Shown here in pieces: positions 9,509 to 20,084 of a stretch of 51,015 bases of DNA (the stretch's first letter is position 1; every line of letters begins with the position of its first letter). A program made the position numbers and the translations under genes. The stretch covers positions 1 to 51,015 of the forward strand of contig JBBRPR010000059.1 of assembly GCA_038227875.1 (NCBI GenBank). The letters run 5' to 3'. The notes below the pieces were generated by a model, which did not search any database, was not told where the DNA came from, and worked only from the letters and a program-made list of their open reading frames with translations. This DNA is from Planctomycetota bacterium (GTDB lineage: Bacteria; Planctomycetota; SZUA-567; H5-PLA8).

Positions 9509-12292
9509 ATGCATCACGTTAGTTCGCTGCTTCTTACGGCCGCCGCGGTTCTGGCGGGAACATCGGCGCTCTCACGGGCGGAACAAACTCCGGAGCCTGC
9601 ACCTCCCCCGCCCGCGCCCGCTCCCGCTCCGGACGCTACCGCGCCGGTTGAGCTGAAGCTCAAGCAGTTCGCCTTCACACGCGGCGATGAGATCAGCGGC
9701 AAGATCGTGCTGGCCAAGCCGCTGACCGGCGGCGGCAAAGTGACGCTGACGTGGAGCGACTGCTTCAACCGCACCGTGGCAATCCAGGAAGAACCCAGCG
9801 ACGCTGGCGAGAAGGACCTCTCGTTTGAACTTCCCGCAGCACCCGCTCTGGCGCTGGCCAACACGCTGACGGTGGACGTCGACGACAACGGCACGAAACT
9901 TTCGGCGAACAAAACGTTCGTCGTCACGCCGGATGTCGAGCCGTGGGACGACTACCAGGTGATCATGTACAATTCGTACAAGCCGGAATTCCAGAACCGG
10001 CTGCGCGAGCTGGGCATCACCGCGGGCATGAACCAGCGCCCGTCGCGGCTCCTCGACGAAAGCGGCGAGAAGACGAAGATCTGGTGGGGCTACGGTTATC
10101 GCTTTTACGCTGAGCAGATTCTTTCCGAAGTGTACGCCGAATATCACCGCTACCAGGAAGAGAAGCCGAAGAACATCCGCCTGATGGAAGCGAAGGAACT
10201 CTACAAAAAGGACAAGACGAAGAAGGACGCTTTCTTCCGCAAACCGTGCCTCAGCGATCCGGATGTGCGTAAGAAAATTGAAGAGACCATGCGCAAGGCC
10301 GTGGAGCTCAACGCGAAGTTCGCGCCGCTCTTTTACAGTCTCGCCGACGAGGCCGGCATCGCCGATCTGCCGACGGCGTGGGACTTCTGCTATGACCCGC
10401 GCACGCTCGCGGCGATGCGCGAGTGGCTGAAAGCGCAGTACACGACCGTCGAAGGCCTCAACAAGGAATGGGGCACGGCCTTCGCCACGTGGGACGACGT
10501 GGTGCCGCTGACCACCGATGAAATGATGAAGCGCGGCGACGACAATCTCTCGCCGTGGGCCGATCACCGCACGTTCATGGAAATGGTCTTCGCCGACGCC
10601 GTGAAGTGGGGCGTCGATGCGACCACCAAGGCCGATCCGCATGCGTACTGCGGACTTGTCGGCTGCCAGATGCCCAGCGCGTTCGGCGGCTACGATTACT
10701 GGCGGCTTTCGCAGACGATGACCGCGATTGAGCCGTACAACATTGGTAACAACCGCGAAATCTGGCGCTCGTTCAAACCCGACGCACCGGCGTTGACGAC
10801 CACATTCGGCTACAGCCCGAACGAAGCGTGGCGCCTCTGGTACCAACTCCTGCACGGCGACCGCGGCACGATCATCTACGACGAGAAGGCGACGTACCTC
10901 GACGACAAAGGCGAGCCCACCGAACTCGGCAAGCAGGCAGGCGGATTGTACAAGCAGCTCACGTCGGGAATCTGCAAGCTGCTCTCGAATTCCACATCCG
11001 TCAATGATCCGATCGCGATTCACTACTCCCAGGCTTCGATCCACGCGCACTGGATGTTCCAGGCGCGGCCCGAGGGCGAGAAGTGGATGGAGCGCGGCAG
11101 CAAGTCGGAACGGACGAACTCCGAATTCCTGCGCGTGCGCGAATCGTTCACAAAGCTGATCGAAGACCAGCAACTTCAGTACACGTTCGTCTCGTACGCG
11201 CAATTGGAGCGCGGTGACCTGGTCAAGAATCCGCCGAAAGTCCTGCTGCTGCCACAGAGCATCGCCATGAGCTCCGCCGAATGCGCGGCCGTACGCGCGT
11301 ACGTCGAAGCCGGCGGCACCGTCGTCGCAGACAGCCGCTGCGCGTTGATGGACGAACACTGCAAGCGCCTGCCCAAAGGACAGCTCGACGATCTCTTCGG
11401 CATCAAGCGAGCCAATCAGGATTGGAAACCCGGCGGAAAGATTACGGTGCCCAACGGTGAACTGAAAATCGCGACGGTCGAACCAGGGATCAGCATCGAT
11501 CCGGACAGCAAAGCGAAAGCGGCCTACGCCGACACGGCGAATGTGCCCGCGGTTATCGGCCGCGATGTTGGCAAAGGCCACGCCGTCTACCTCAATCTCG
11601 ACCTGACCGACTACCACCGCTGGCGCTTGAAGGCCGGCGAAGGCAACGACGCGCTGACCACGCTGGAATCCATCTTCAATCTGATCGGCATCAAGCCCGC
11701 CATCACCGTTTCGCGCCTCGATGGCGGAGTACTCTCGGCCGTCGAAGTTCACACCTTCGCCAACGGCGCTGCGAAGATCATCGCCCTTCACCGCAACTTT
11801 CAGCTGCGCATCGACGAACTTGGGCCGCCGGAGTACCAATCCAACGGCGCGTTCGAAAAGGAAGAGAAGATCGACATCAACCTCGGCAGCGAGTACGCGG
11901 TTTACGATTCGCGGACCGGGACATCGCTGGGCAATCTTCAGAATATCCGCGTCACGCTCAAACCGTTTGAGCCGCTGATTTTCACGCTGCTGCCGAAGCC
12001 CGCAAAAGAGCTGACCGTCCTCACTTCCGAAAAGCCCAAGCGCGGCGAGAAGATTACGATTCTCGCCTCGCTCGATGCGCCAGCGCCGGCGGACGTGCAC
12101 GTCTTCCGCATGGAAGTGACCGGGCCGGACGGCAAGGTCATTCCTTATTACTCGCGCAATGTGAAGGCTTTCAAAGGCGTCGCCAGCACCAGCCTCTACC
12201 TGGCGCTCAGCGAACCGGCCGGTAACTACACGATTACGTTGCGCGATGTCGCAACGGGAATTGCGAAACAGAAAAGCGTGCCGGTGGAATAG
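9509..12292 (+). CDS. Secreted GH42-like glycoside hydrolase with a beta-galactosidase trimerisation domain
   Basis: Signal peptide; WLKAQYTTVEGLNKEWGTAFATWDDV (GH42-like); KVLLLP...YVEAGGTVVAD...LDDLFGI (trimerisation domain). Confidence 0.75.
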   Translation: MHHVSSLLLTAAAVLAGTSALSRAEQTPEPAPPPPAPAPAPDATAPVELKLKQFAFTRGDEISGKIVLAKPLTGGGKVTLTWSDCFNRTVAIQEEPSDAGEKDLSFELPAAPALALANTLTVDVDDNGTKLSANKTFVVTPDVEPWDDYQVIMYNSYKPEFQNRLRELGITAGMNQRPSRLLDESGEKTKIWWGYGYRFYAEQILSEVYAEYHRYQEEKPKNIRLMEAKELYKKDKTKKDAFFRKPCLSDPDVRKKIEETMRKAVELNAKFAPLFYSLADEAGIADLPTAWDFCYDPRTLAAMREWLKAQYTTVEGLNKEWGTAFATWDDVVPLTTDEMMKRGDDNLSPWADHRTFMEMVFADAVKWGVDATTKADPHAYCGLVGCQMPSAFGGYDYWRLSQTMTAIEPYNIGNNREIWRSFKPDAPALTTTFGYSPNEAWRLWYQLLHGDRGTIIYDEKATYLDDKGEPTELGKQAGGLYKQLTSGICKLLSNSTSVNDPIAIHYSQASIHAHWMFQARPEGEKWMERGSKSERTNSEFLRVRESFTKLIEDQQLQYTFVSYAQLERGDLVKNPPKVLLLPQSIAMSSAECAAVRAYVEAGGTVVADSRCALMDEHCKRLPKGQLDDLFGIKRANQDWKPGGKITVPNGELKIATVEPGISIDPDSKAKAAYADTANVPAVIGRDVGKGHAVYLNLDLTDYHRWRLKAGEGNDALTTLESIFNLIGIKPAITVSRLDGGVLSAVEVHTFANGAAKIIALHRNFQLRIDELGPPEYQSNGAFEKEEKIDINLGSEYAVYDSRTGTSLGNLQNIRVTLKPFEPLIFTLLPKPAKELTVLTSEKPKRGEKITILASLDAPAPADVHVFRMEVTGPDGKVIPYYSRNVKAFKGVASTSLYLALSEPAGNYTITLRDVATGIAKQKSVPVE

Positions 12293-12296
12293 CGGG

Positions 12297-15200
12297 CTAC
12301 TGCTTTTCTTCGCCGACCGAACCGCCATCGGCGTTCGGTCCGACTTTGGTGGAATCCAGGCGACCTGTGGTGGTCGTGGGAGTTGTCACCCGCGTCTGCT
12401 GACGCGACGCGACTTCGGCACGCCGCTGCGCGACATTGCGCCGCGATTCCGCGAGTTGCGGGTCGGTTGGAAAAATCTTGGCCGCGCTGGCCAGAGAAGC
12501 CTCGGCGTCATCCAGTTCATCGCGACGCAGCTGCACGGCCGCGGCTTTCAGTAGATCGGTGAAATCAACCTGCCGCTTGCGATCGGCCACCTGGTTGCGG
12601 TAGTTCTCCAGCTTCGGATTGTCCGGCGACAGCCGCACGACACGGTTGAACTTCGCGTTCACGTCGTTGAAGGAACCGTTGGACGCCAGAGCCGCATCGA
12701 GCTCTTTTAGCGCCACTTCCAGATCGGCAGCAGCGCTCAATTCCTCACGCCGCTTCTTCAAATGCTGGCGTGCGGACTCCAGCAGCGGGTCTTTGGGAAA
12801 TAGTGATTCCGCGGAATTCAGGATCTTCTCCGCGGCGTCCGGATCTTTGGCGATGGCTGCGTCGGCACTGGCCACTTGCGCCGCGAAATGAGCGTGCTGA
12901 ATCTCGCGGCCGCGTTGCGCGACCTTCTCGCGCGTGGCGTCCAGCAGCGCTTCGCCTTTGTGTGAGGCTTCCAGCGCAGCGAAGGCCGTCCTCGCAACCT
13001 CGAGCTTCTTCTCGGCGGCCGCATCGTCGGCGGCGGGGAGCGCATCTTCCAGCGTCTTCAAATCCTGCTGCAGCTTCGCCCGTTCCTGGCGGGCGCGTTC
13101 GCGCACGACGGCGGCGGTCTTCGCGTCGTTGAACTTCTCGCGCAGTGTTTTCAGGCGCGGGTCCCCGGGTACGATCTTGGCCGCCGCGTCGATGCGCTTC
13201 TCGGCCTCTGCCAGCTGCGCGTCGTTGGCGAGGAAACTGTCGGCCTCGCGGACCAGCGTTTCGAGCTGCTGCGCCTGCTCCGCTTTGCGCGCGGCGAGCC
13301 GGTCCTGGCGGGCTTTTAGATTGGGATTTCCCGGATCCACTTCGACGGCGGTGTCGAGCTTCTTCGAAGCTTCGGCGAGATTGCCGTCAGCCAGCAGCGC
13401 GTCGGCCTTTGCCAGCAGCGCATCGGCCTGATCGCGCTTCTCTTTTTCCGTCGCCTTGCGCAAGGCGTCGGCCTGCTGCTCCTTCGCGCGCTGGCGCAGT
13501 GTTGCGATCTGCGGGTCGGGCGCGCCGGGCGTCAGCGCTTCGGCCTCCTTCAATTTCGCTTCGGCATCGTCCCACGCGGCCTTGTCGATCAGCTCGCCGG
13601 CGGCCTTGAGCGCCGCGGCCAGTTTCTCACCGCGCTGCTTTTCGGCCTTGAGCGCATCGAGACGTTCGCGCCGGCCGGCAAGCTCGGGATCGGCAGGGAA
13701 ACGCTTCGCCGCTTCGTTTAATTTCTCATCGGCTGCGGCAAAATCGCCGCCGGCTTTCAGCTCTTTATCCGCATCGTTCAGCAGCGCGGTGAACTCCTGC
13801 TTCTGCACTTCCGTCGCATGCTGTTTGTCCAACTGGTCCTTGGCCGTGGCCTTCTTGCGGAACAGATCCTGCAGTCGCTTTTCCAGGTCCTCGCGCGCTT
13901 TGCTCACCTTGAACGCCGGTGAATTGAGCGTCACGTCGAGGTCGGTCAGTTTCTGCAGCGCCAGACCCGGCTCCATCTCGGCGATGGTATCGAGGACCTG
14001 CGCGCTGGCCGTTTCCTGCTTGCGCAGTTCCTGCAGCGAGGCCAGCGCCTTCTCGCGCGCGGCGATGGTCCTGGCTTCGGAGTCGTCGCGCGGCGCATAC
14101 TTCTTGAGTTCATCGAGCGCCGCGGGCGCATTTTCGAGCGCTTGGCCTTCGATGATGGCGTCGAACGCCACCAGCTGCTGCTGGTACTTCTGCGTCCACC
14201 CTTTCTCTGTGTCGGCGATGAACTTCTGCGTCTCCTGCTCTTCCTGCCGCGCGGGCGCTTCGTCGAGTCCCAGGCGCGACGCCATTTCGACCTGCGCGCC
14301 GGCCTCCATGAAGTGACCGTCTTCCGCATAGGTTCTGGCGCGCTTGAGAACCTTGGTGTGCTCGGCCTCGAAGATTTTACGCTTTTCGGGATTCATTGCG
14401 GGCGCCGGCGTGCGCAGGACCACGTACCCGGTGCCCACCATCAGCGCGGTGCAAAGCCCCGCGGCGGCGAGGACCGCAGCCCGTTTACGCGTGGCCCAAT
14501 CCGGCGTCCGGGCCTGCTCGCGTAAAGCCTGGGAGCTGGTGCGGATGAACGTCGAATGCGAATCGGCCGGCGCGGCACGGCCGGTTCCGCTGGGAAGAAC
14601 ATCGGTGTTGTGACTGCGCGACGGAGCAGGCGCGAGGTTCCGGGGTGGAACCATGCCCAGTGTCAGCATCTCCCGCGCGGTGCGCAGTTCGGCGATGAAC
14701 TGCTCCACGTTTTCATAGCGCCGTTCGGCATCCTTGATCAAACAGCGCTCAACAATGCTCACGACACTGGGGTGGACGTCGTCGCGGAAATTGGTCAGCG
14801 GCGCGTACGCTTCATGGACCGTGGCGAAGAGCGTCTTCATGGAGCTCTCGCGCTGGAACGGCGAGCGGCCCGCCAGCATGCCGTAGAGCGCCGCGCCCAT
14901 CGAGAAGATATCGGAACGCTGCGTGGCGCTCTTGGCATCGAGCGCCTGTTCCGGAGACATGTACCCCGGCGTGCCCATCGACGACTCGGTCGCCGTCAGG
15001 CCCGTGCCCTGGTGATGCTGCATGCGCGCGAGGCCCAGGTCCATCAGCTTGGCATCGGACCAACTGAGCTCATCGCTCGGCAGGCGGAAGGGAATGATGA
15101 TGTTGTCGGGCTTGATGTCGCGGTGAACCACGCCGCGTTCGTGCGCGGCCTTGAGGCCCAAACCCGCGGCGACGCAGACGTCGATGGCGTCGAGTTGCGC

Positions 15201-15896
15201 CAGACCGACTTTGCCGCTGCGGCGCACGCCGATCAGCGCCTTGGCACCGGTCAATCCACAGACGTATTCCATGACCAGAAAGTAGAGGCCCTTGTCCTGG
15301 TTGACGTCCAGCACGTGAACCAGATGCGTGGAGCGGACATGGGCAGCAATCTGGGCTTCGCGGACGAAGCGATTGATCAGCGTCGGGTCGCGTTCGGCGA
15401 GATGGAACGGCAGCACCTTGACGGCGACTTCGGAATTGAGGCGCGGATGAATGCCGTAGTAGACCGTGCCCATGCCACCTTCGCCGAGCTTGGCCAGCAG
15501 CGGAATGCCACCGAGCGACGGGCAGTCGGCGCCTTCGTACTTGATGCGCGAGGCGTCGCGAAGAATCCGTTCGCCATCGAGGTTGGTTCGCTCCACGGAG
15601 AGCGCTGCCGGACGCTTGGCGGTGTTTCTCGCGAAAATCTGATGCGTGTCGGTGGAGGGCAAAGCGTCGGAGGACGCCTGCGCCGGCGGAGCCATTCCGC
15701 CGGAACCTTGATGCGTACCGGGAACGCCGGCGCCGCCGGATTTCAAAGCCGGATTGTGCGTGTCGTCGGAAGGATCGGGACGTTTACGGAGCGTGTCCGG
15801 GACCAGGTCATCGTCGCGCGGTTTGGTCGGTGGCGTGACGCCAGCCAGCGGCTCGGAACCGCTCGGAACATCGCCGCCGTTGTTCGACTGTGACAC
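12297..15896 (-). CDS. Membrane Ser/Thr protein kinase with helical TPR-like repeats
   Basis: LGEGGMGTVY, VAVK, HRDIKPDN, DLGLAR, GTPGYMSPEQ; one TM segment; repeated helical units. Confidence 0.92.
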   Translation of the reverse strand: MSQSNNGGDVPSGSEPLAGVTPPTKPRDDDLVPDTLRKRPDPSDDTHNPALKSGGAGVPGTHQGSGGMAPPAQASSDALPSTDTHQIFARNTAKRPAALSVERTNLDGERILRDASRIKYEGADCPSLGGIPLLAKLGEGGMGTVYYGIHPRLNSEVAVKVLPFHLAERDPTLINRFVREAQIAAHVRSTHLVHVLDVNQDKGLYFLVMEYVCGLTGAKALIGVRRSGKVGLAQLDAIDVCVAAGLGLKAAHERGVVHRDIKPDNIIIPFRLPSDELSWSDAKLMDLGLARMQHHQGTGLTATESSMGTPGYMSPEQALDAKSATQRSDIFSMGAALYGMLAGRSPFQRESSMKTLFATVHEAYAPLTNFRDDVHPSVVSIVERCLIKDAERRYENVEQFIAELRTAREMLTLGMVPPRNLAPAPSRSHNTDVLPSGTGRAAPADSHSTFIRTSSQALREQARTPDWATRKRAAVLAAAGLCTALMVGTGYVVLRTPAPAMNPEKRKIFEAEHTKVLKRARTYAEDGHFMEAGAQVEMASRLGLDEAPARQEEQETQKFIADTEKGWTQKYQQQLVAFDAIIEGQALENAPAALDELKKYAPRDDSEARTIAAREKALASLQELRKQETASAQVLDTIAEMEPGLALQKLTDLDVTLNSPAFKVSKAREDLEKRLQDLFRKKATAKDQLDKQHATEVQKQEFTALLNDADKELKAGGDFAAADEKLNEAAKRFPADPELAGRRERLDALKAEKQRGEKLAAALKAAGELIDKAAWDDAEAKLKEAEALTPGAPDPQIATLRQRAKEQQADALRKATEKEKRDQADALLAKADALLADGNLAEASKKLDTAVEVDPGNPNLKARQDRLAARKAEQAQQLETLVREADSFLANDAQLAEAEKRIDAAAKIVPGDPRLKTLREKFNDAKTAAVVRERARQERAKLQQDLKTLEDALPAADDAAAEKKLEVARTAFAALEASHKGEALLDATREKVAQRGREIQHAHFAAQVASADAAIAKDPDAAEKILNSAESLFPKDPLLESARQHLKKRREELSAAADLEVALKELDAALASNGSFNDVNAKFNRVVRLSPDNPKLENYRNQVADRKRQVDFTDLLKAAAVQLRRDELDDAEASLASAAKIFPTDPQLAESRRNVAQRRAEVASRQQTRVTTPTTTTGRLDSTKVGPNADGGSVGEEKQ

Positions 15897-16034
15897 AGTT
15901 TACATACGCCTCAATCGAGGACACAACCCCATGAATTTTATATCCTGCCGCCAACGCGAATTCAATACGGAATGACATTTCCGCGCGGCGCCATCCCGGT
16001 ATAGTCGGAGCCAAATCCAGGAGTCACTTTAATT

Positions 16035-17312
16035 ATGCCTGAAGGCTTCGATGCCGGCGATACCGCATGGCTGCTGCTGTGCAGCGGCTTGGTGCTACTC
16101 ATGACACCGGGCGTGTCACTGTTTTACGGCGGAATGGTGCGGCGCAAGAACGTGCTCGGCACAATCATGCAGAGCTGGATCCTGATGGGCGCCGTCTCGG
16201 TGGTCTGGGCGCTGATTGGCTATTCGCTGGCCTTCGACAAAGGATCGGCAGTGATCGGCGGAACGGCATTCGCATTTCTGCCTTGGAAGGCGCTCTCGGG
16301 TGCGACGCCTTTTGGTTATGCCACCACCGTTCCGCATTTTGCGTTCATGCTCTTTGAAATGATGTTCGCGATCCTGACTCCGGCGTTGATCTTCGGCGCG
16401 GTTGCCGACCGCATGAAATTCAAAGCGATGCTGCTCTTCGGCGTGCTCTGGTCGCTGCTGATTTATACGCCCATCGCTCACATGGCCTGGGGCGAAGGCG
16501 GATTGCTGCGCGGCGCGTTTGAGAACGGCGCGCGGTCGGCGCGGTCGGGACTGTATCCGTCGCTGGACTTCGCGGGCGGCACGGTGGTCCATATTTCCTC
16601 CGGCTTTGCGGCACTGGTCGCGTGCCTGGTGATGGGCAAGCGCGCCAACTACGAGCGCGAACCGATGCCGCCGCACAGCATGGTGCTTTCAACGATCGGC
16701 GCCGCGCTGATGTGGTTCGGCTGGTTTGGCTTCAACGGCGGCAGCGCCATGCACGCCAACGGACTTGCGGCATCGGCCGTCGTTGCCACGCAACTGGCCG
16801 CTGCGGCCGCGACGCTGTCGTGGGTCTTCATCGAGTGGCGGCATCGCGGCCATCCCAGCGTGCTTGGCGCGATTACTGGCGCTCTGGCGGGGCTGGTGAT
16901 CGTCACACCGGCGGCCGGGTTCATCGAACCGATCAACGGTCTGTGGATGGGCCTGATCGGCGGCGGCGTCTGCTACTGGGCGGTCTCCGTGCTCAAAGCG
17001 AAACTGGCCTACGACGACTCGCTCGATGCCTTCGGCGTGCACGGCGTCGCCGGCGTCTGCGGAGCGCTGCTGACCGGCGTCTTCGCCAGCGCCGCCGTCA
17101 ATCCGCTCGGCGCCGATGGCCTGCTGCATCACAACGGCGCGCAGCTGATCAACCAGATCATCGCCGTGCTGGTGGTCGTTTCGTTCTCATCGATCGGGAC
17201 GTTTATTCTGCTGAAGCTTGTCGACAAGGCCGTTGGCCTGCGGATCACGCGCGACGAGGAACTGGAAGGACTGGACCTCACGCAGCACCGCGAAGTCGGC
17301 TACTACATGTAG
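16035..17312 (+). CDS. amtB: Ammonium transporter
   Basis: DFAGGTVVH, WFGWFGFNGGS, DDSLDAFGVHG; AGGAG RBS. Confidence 0.95.
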   Translation: MPEGFDAGDTAWLLLCSGLVLLMTPGVSLFYGGMVRRKNVLGTIMQSWILMGAVSVVWALIGYSLAFDKGSAVIGGTAFAFLPWKALSGATPFGYATTVPHFAFMLFEMMFAILTPALIFGAVADRMKFKAMLLFGVLWSLLIYTPIAHMAWGEGGLLRGAFENGARSARSGLYPSLDFAGGTVVHISSGFAALVACLVMGKRANYEREPMPPHSMVLSTIGAALMWFGWFGFNGGSAMHANGLAASAVVATQLAAAAATLSWVFIEWRHRGHPSVLGAITGALAGLVIVTPAAGFIEPINGLWMGLIGGGVCYWAVSVLKAKLAYDDSLDAFGVHGVAGVCGALLTGVFASAAVNPLGADGLLHHNGAQLINQIIAVLVVVSFSSIGTFILLKLVDKAVGLRITRDEELEGLDLTQHREVGYYM

Positions 17313-17317
17313 ACGCG

Positions 17318-18226
17318 TCAGCCGAGTCCCACGAGCACGACGCCGGCGAACACGGTTGCGACGCCCAGGCGCTTGGGCCACGGGCTGGGTTCCTTCAGGA
17401 TCATGATACCGAGGCTGGCGCCCAGCGGGATGCTGAGCTGGCGGAAGGCCATTACATAGCTAACGTGCGTCGCGAAAGTCATCGCGACCAACACCAGCGT
17501 GTACGCGCCGTAAATACCGGCGCCCATCAGCAGCGCCTGCGTCTTGGTGCTGCGGAGAACGTGACCGAAGCTGCGCCGTTCGCTGCTGCGGGCCACGACG
17601 TAAATGCCCAGCCACACGGCGGTCGAGAGGATTTCAAGCGGCGCGTAGATCAGTGCCGCTTCGACTTTGGAGAAGCTGGCGTGGTCGCCGTCGCAGAGCA
17701 GCGAGAGCGCCTGCTTGTCGATGACCATGTAGCCGGCTGTCCCGATCGCGGCGAACATCGCGAGAAGACAGCAAGTGTTGAGGTAGCTCTTGGGCTCCAA
17801 GCCGCGGAAGTGGCGCAGCGGCAGGATCGTGCAGCCGGCGACGACGAGGAAGATTCCGGCCAGGCACAGATTACTGATCGCGTGTCCGGTGCCCATGATC
17901 AGGGCAATGCCCGTGACCAGCAGCGTCGGTACGGAGCGCGCGAGCGGGTAGACCAGCGACATGTCGCCGGAGCAGTACGCGGCGGCGAGTGTGCCAAAGT
18001 ACATTGCTTGAAACAGGCCGGTGATCACGAGGAGTTGAATCACCGCGCTGGGAATCTGCGTGTAGCGATCGTGAAACCAGAAGACCACCGGCAGCATCAG
18101 CAGGCCACCCATTAGGGTGGCAATGAGGAAGAGCGCGGAGGAAGGCTTTTCGCGTTTGCCGAGAAAATTCCACGCGGCGTGGGTGATGGCGGAAACGACG
18201 ATCAACAGCATGGCGGCCAGGGACAT
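17318..18226 (-). CDS. EamA/DMT family transporter
   Basis: Highly hydrophobic; HAAWN, GDMSLVYPLAR, FRQLSI...ILKE. Confidence 0.88.
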   Translation of the reverse strand: MSLAAMLLIVVSAITHAAWNFLGKREKPSSALFLIATLMGGLLMLPVVFWFHDRYTQIPSAVIQLLVITGLFQAMYFGTLAAAYCSGDMSLVYPLARSVPTLLVTGIALIMGTGHAISNLCLAGIFLVVAGCTILPLRHFRGLEPKSYLNTCCLLAMFAAIGTAGYMVIDKQALSLLCDGDHASFSKVEAALIYAPLEILSTAVWLGIYVVARSSERRSFGHVLRSTKTQALLMGAGIYGAYTLVLVAMTFATHVSYVMAFRQLSIPLGASLGIMILKEPSPWPKRLGVATVFAGVVLVGLG

Positions 18227-18337
18227 CGATACTCCTTCAGGACGAGGCGGACGAACTTCATAGAATCTTTACAATCAATCGCGCGCGAGACCAGTGCGAA
18301 ATTGCGCAAAGCGTTTGTTGAAATGCGCGAGAACGGC

Positions 18338-18360
18338 ATTGCGGATTGCGGATTGCGGAT
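18338..18360. repeat. Heptamer tandem repeat (ATTGCGG)x3
   Basis: Directly visible in intergenic DNA. Confidence 0.7.
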
Positions 18361-18455
18361 GGGAAGGGCGTGCGCGTTCCGGTTCCAGCGTGCTATTCAG
18401 TTGTCAAAGAAGCACTGACTTCACATCTACTTTCAACTCTCACTGCTCAACTGAC

Positions 18456-19790
18456 TCACAGCGACTGATACTTCAAGCAGCCGTACATCATCATCGAGAT
18501 GTCCTGCGAGACTTTGTCGAGCTGCGCGTCGGGCTTGGCGCTGGTGGCGGCGTCGAGGATGTCCATGGCTTTGCTCAGGTTCTGATAGGCGGTCTTGAGC
18601 ATTTCGTTGCGCGCAGGGCCGCGTTCGGTGCTGTCGGCAATGGCCTTGCGGTATGACGTGGCGGCGGTCTGGATCAGGCCGTGCGCTTCCTTGAGCTTCG
18701 GGTCGGCCTTGTTGAGCAGCACGGCACCCACGGAGGAGTCGTCGGTTTCGACGATTACCGGCGCCGCGCTGGAGGTGCTGGCCAGATCGCCGAGCGACTT
18801 GGTTTCGAGCAGTTTCTCCGGCGTCGGCGGAGCGGGCGGCGCGGGCGGCGCGTTGGGCGCAGGCGCAGCGGGAGGCGCGGTCGGAGCGGCGGCAACTTTG
18901 GGCTCGTCGGTCTTCCCCGCATTGGCCTCGCCGGGTCCGGTCGGCGGCGTCGCGTCCGTGGCAGCGGGCTTTTCGGTCTCAGGCGTGGCGGAGGCGACGG
19001 ACTTCACCGGCTTGTCACCGGCGGCGTTGAGCGCTTCGGTGACGGCGGCCAGCATTTCACGTTCGAGATTGGTGCCGCTGGTTTCGCGCTGGATGCCCTG
19101 CAGAATCAGCGTGCGTTCCTTCGGCGGTGAGGACTTGGCGACCGAGAGCAGCTTGTTCCACTGGTCCTTCACTTTCTTCTGCGAATCGCGCGCGCGTTCG
19201 GGCAGCGGACCTTTGAAGGGCGCGACGAAGGCGTATTCGTTATAGCCTTCCTTGGAGTGATTCATCTTCACGTACTTGTCGCCGCGGTCGATGTGGTCCT
19301 TGAAAAACTTCTCAACCTTCGCGGAGAGCGACGGCCAGTTCTGCGCCACGGATTGGATCTGCGGCGCGGCTTCGGGGAAGCTTTGCAGCGAGACCGGATT
19401 GCCGTAGGAATCCATCCAGATGATCGCCGGCAGCGTCTTGACGTGCATTTTTTCGCAGAGCGCTTTGAGTTCCGGATTCTTGATCGTGTCGCGCGTGGCC
19501 ACGTAGTCCTTGTGGCTGCCGACGATCGCGTAGGGCCAGGTGATCATCCGTTCCACAGGCTTGTAGTCGTCGGGCGCGTAGGAGTTGCAGACGACCATCA
19601 TGATCGGCTTCTTTTCTTCGGCGGCAGTATCCTGGGCGTCGCTCATGTCGTCTTCGAAATAGAAGACGCTGGGATCGTCCTTCGGATCCTTGCCCTTCTT
19701 CTTCCGCTTACCGCCGGCATGGATCACGCTGCTGAGCAGCAGCGAGAAGCTCACTATGGCCAACGTCATCGCGACAAACTGGGTTCGCAT
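18456..19790 (-). CDS. Secreted protein with a thioredoxin-like domain and Pro/Ala linker
   Basis: AGGAG RBS before ATG 19790, signal peptide, AAEEKKPIMMVV...VKTLPAIIWMDSYG. No CxxC. Confidence 0.7.
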   Translation of the reverse strand: MRTQFVAMTLAIVSFSLLLSSVIHAGGKRKKKGKDPKDDPSVFYFEDDMSDAQDTAAEEKKPIMMVVCNSYAPDDYKPVERMITWPYAIVGSHKDYVATRDTIKNPELKALCEKMHVKTLPAIIWMDSYGNPVSLQSFPEAAPQIQSVAQNWPSLSAKVEKFFKDHIDRGDKYVKMNHSKEGYNEYAFVAPFKGPLPERARDSQKKVKDQWNKLLSVAKSSPPKERTLILQGIQRETSGTNLEREMLAAVTEALNAAGDKPVKSVASATPETEKPAATDATPPTGPGEANAGKTDEPKVAAAPTAPPAAPAPNAPPAPPAPPTPEKLLETKSLGDLASTSSAAPVIVETDDSSVGAVLLNKADPKLKEAHGLIQTAATSYRKAIADSTERGPARNEMLKTAYQNLSKAMDILDAATSAKPDAQLDKVSQDISMMMYGCLKYQSL

Positions 19791-20084
19791 TCCGTGATAC
19801 TCCTGAATACTCACACTTCGACCATGGCGTATTCCGCCACACTTCCCCCGTGGTGGTGCCCCTACATAGGAAGAGATGGCAAAGCGCATGCGCGTTTGGC
19901 AATTCTTTGACTTAGCTCAATATTAGGGCGGAGTAGACCTCGCCGCCAATTGGCGGCGTGGTTAGAAACCACCACACCACCTTCTTTCCTCCCTTCTATA
20001 AAGCGAATCCATGCGTGGAGTTTTCGCGCAGTGTCGGAGTTCTCTACAAGCACCCTACCCTGCCGATTGCACTGGTTTTGCGCC

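Noticed and set aside
9572..12328. Long antisense ORFs (9572..12328, 21779..23329, 43028..45046, 3276..4760, 16622..18115 and similar)
   Set aside because: Shadow frames of well-supported genes, expected in high-GC DNA; no recognisable motifs.
16035..17312. amt without an adjacent glnK
   Set aside because: Stand-alone amt paralogs are common; not notable.
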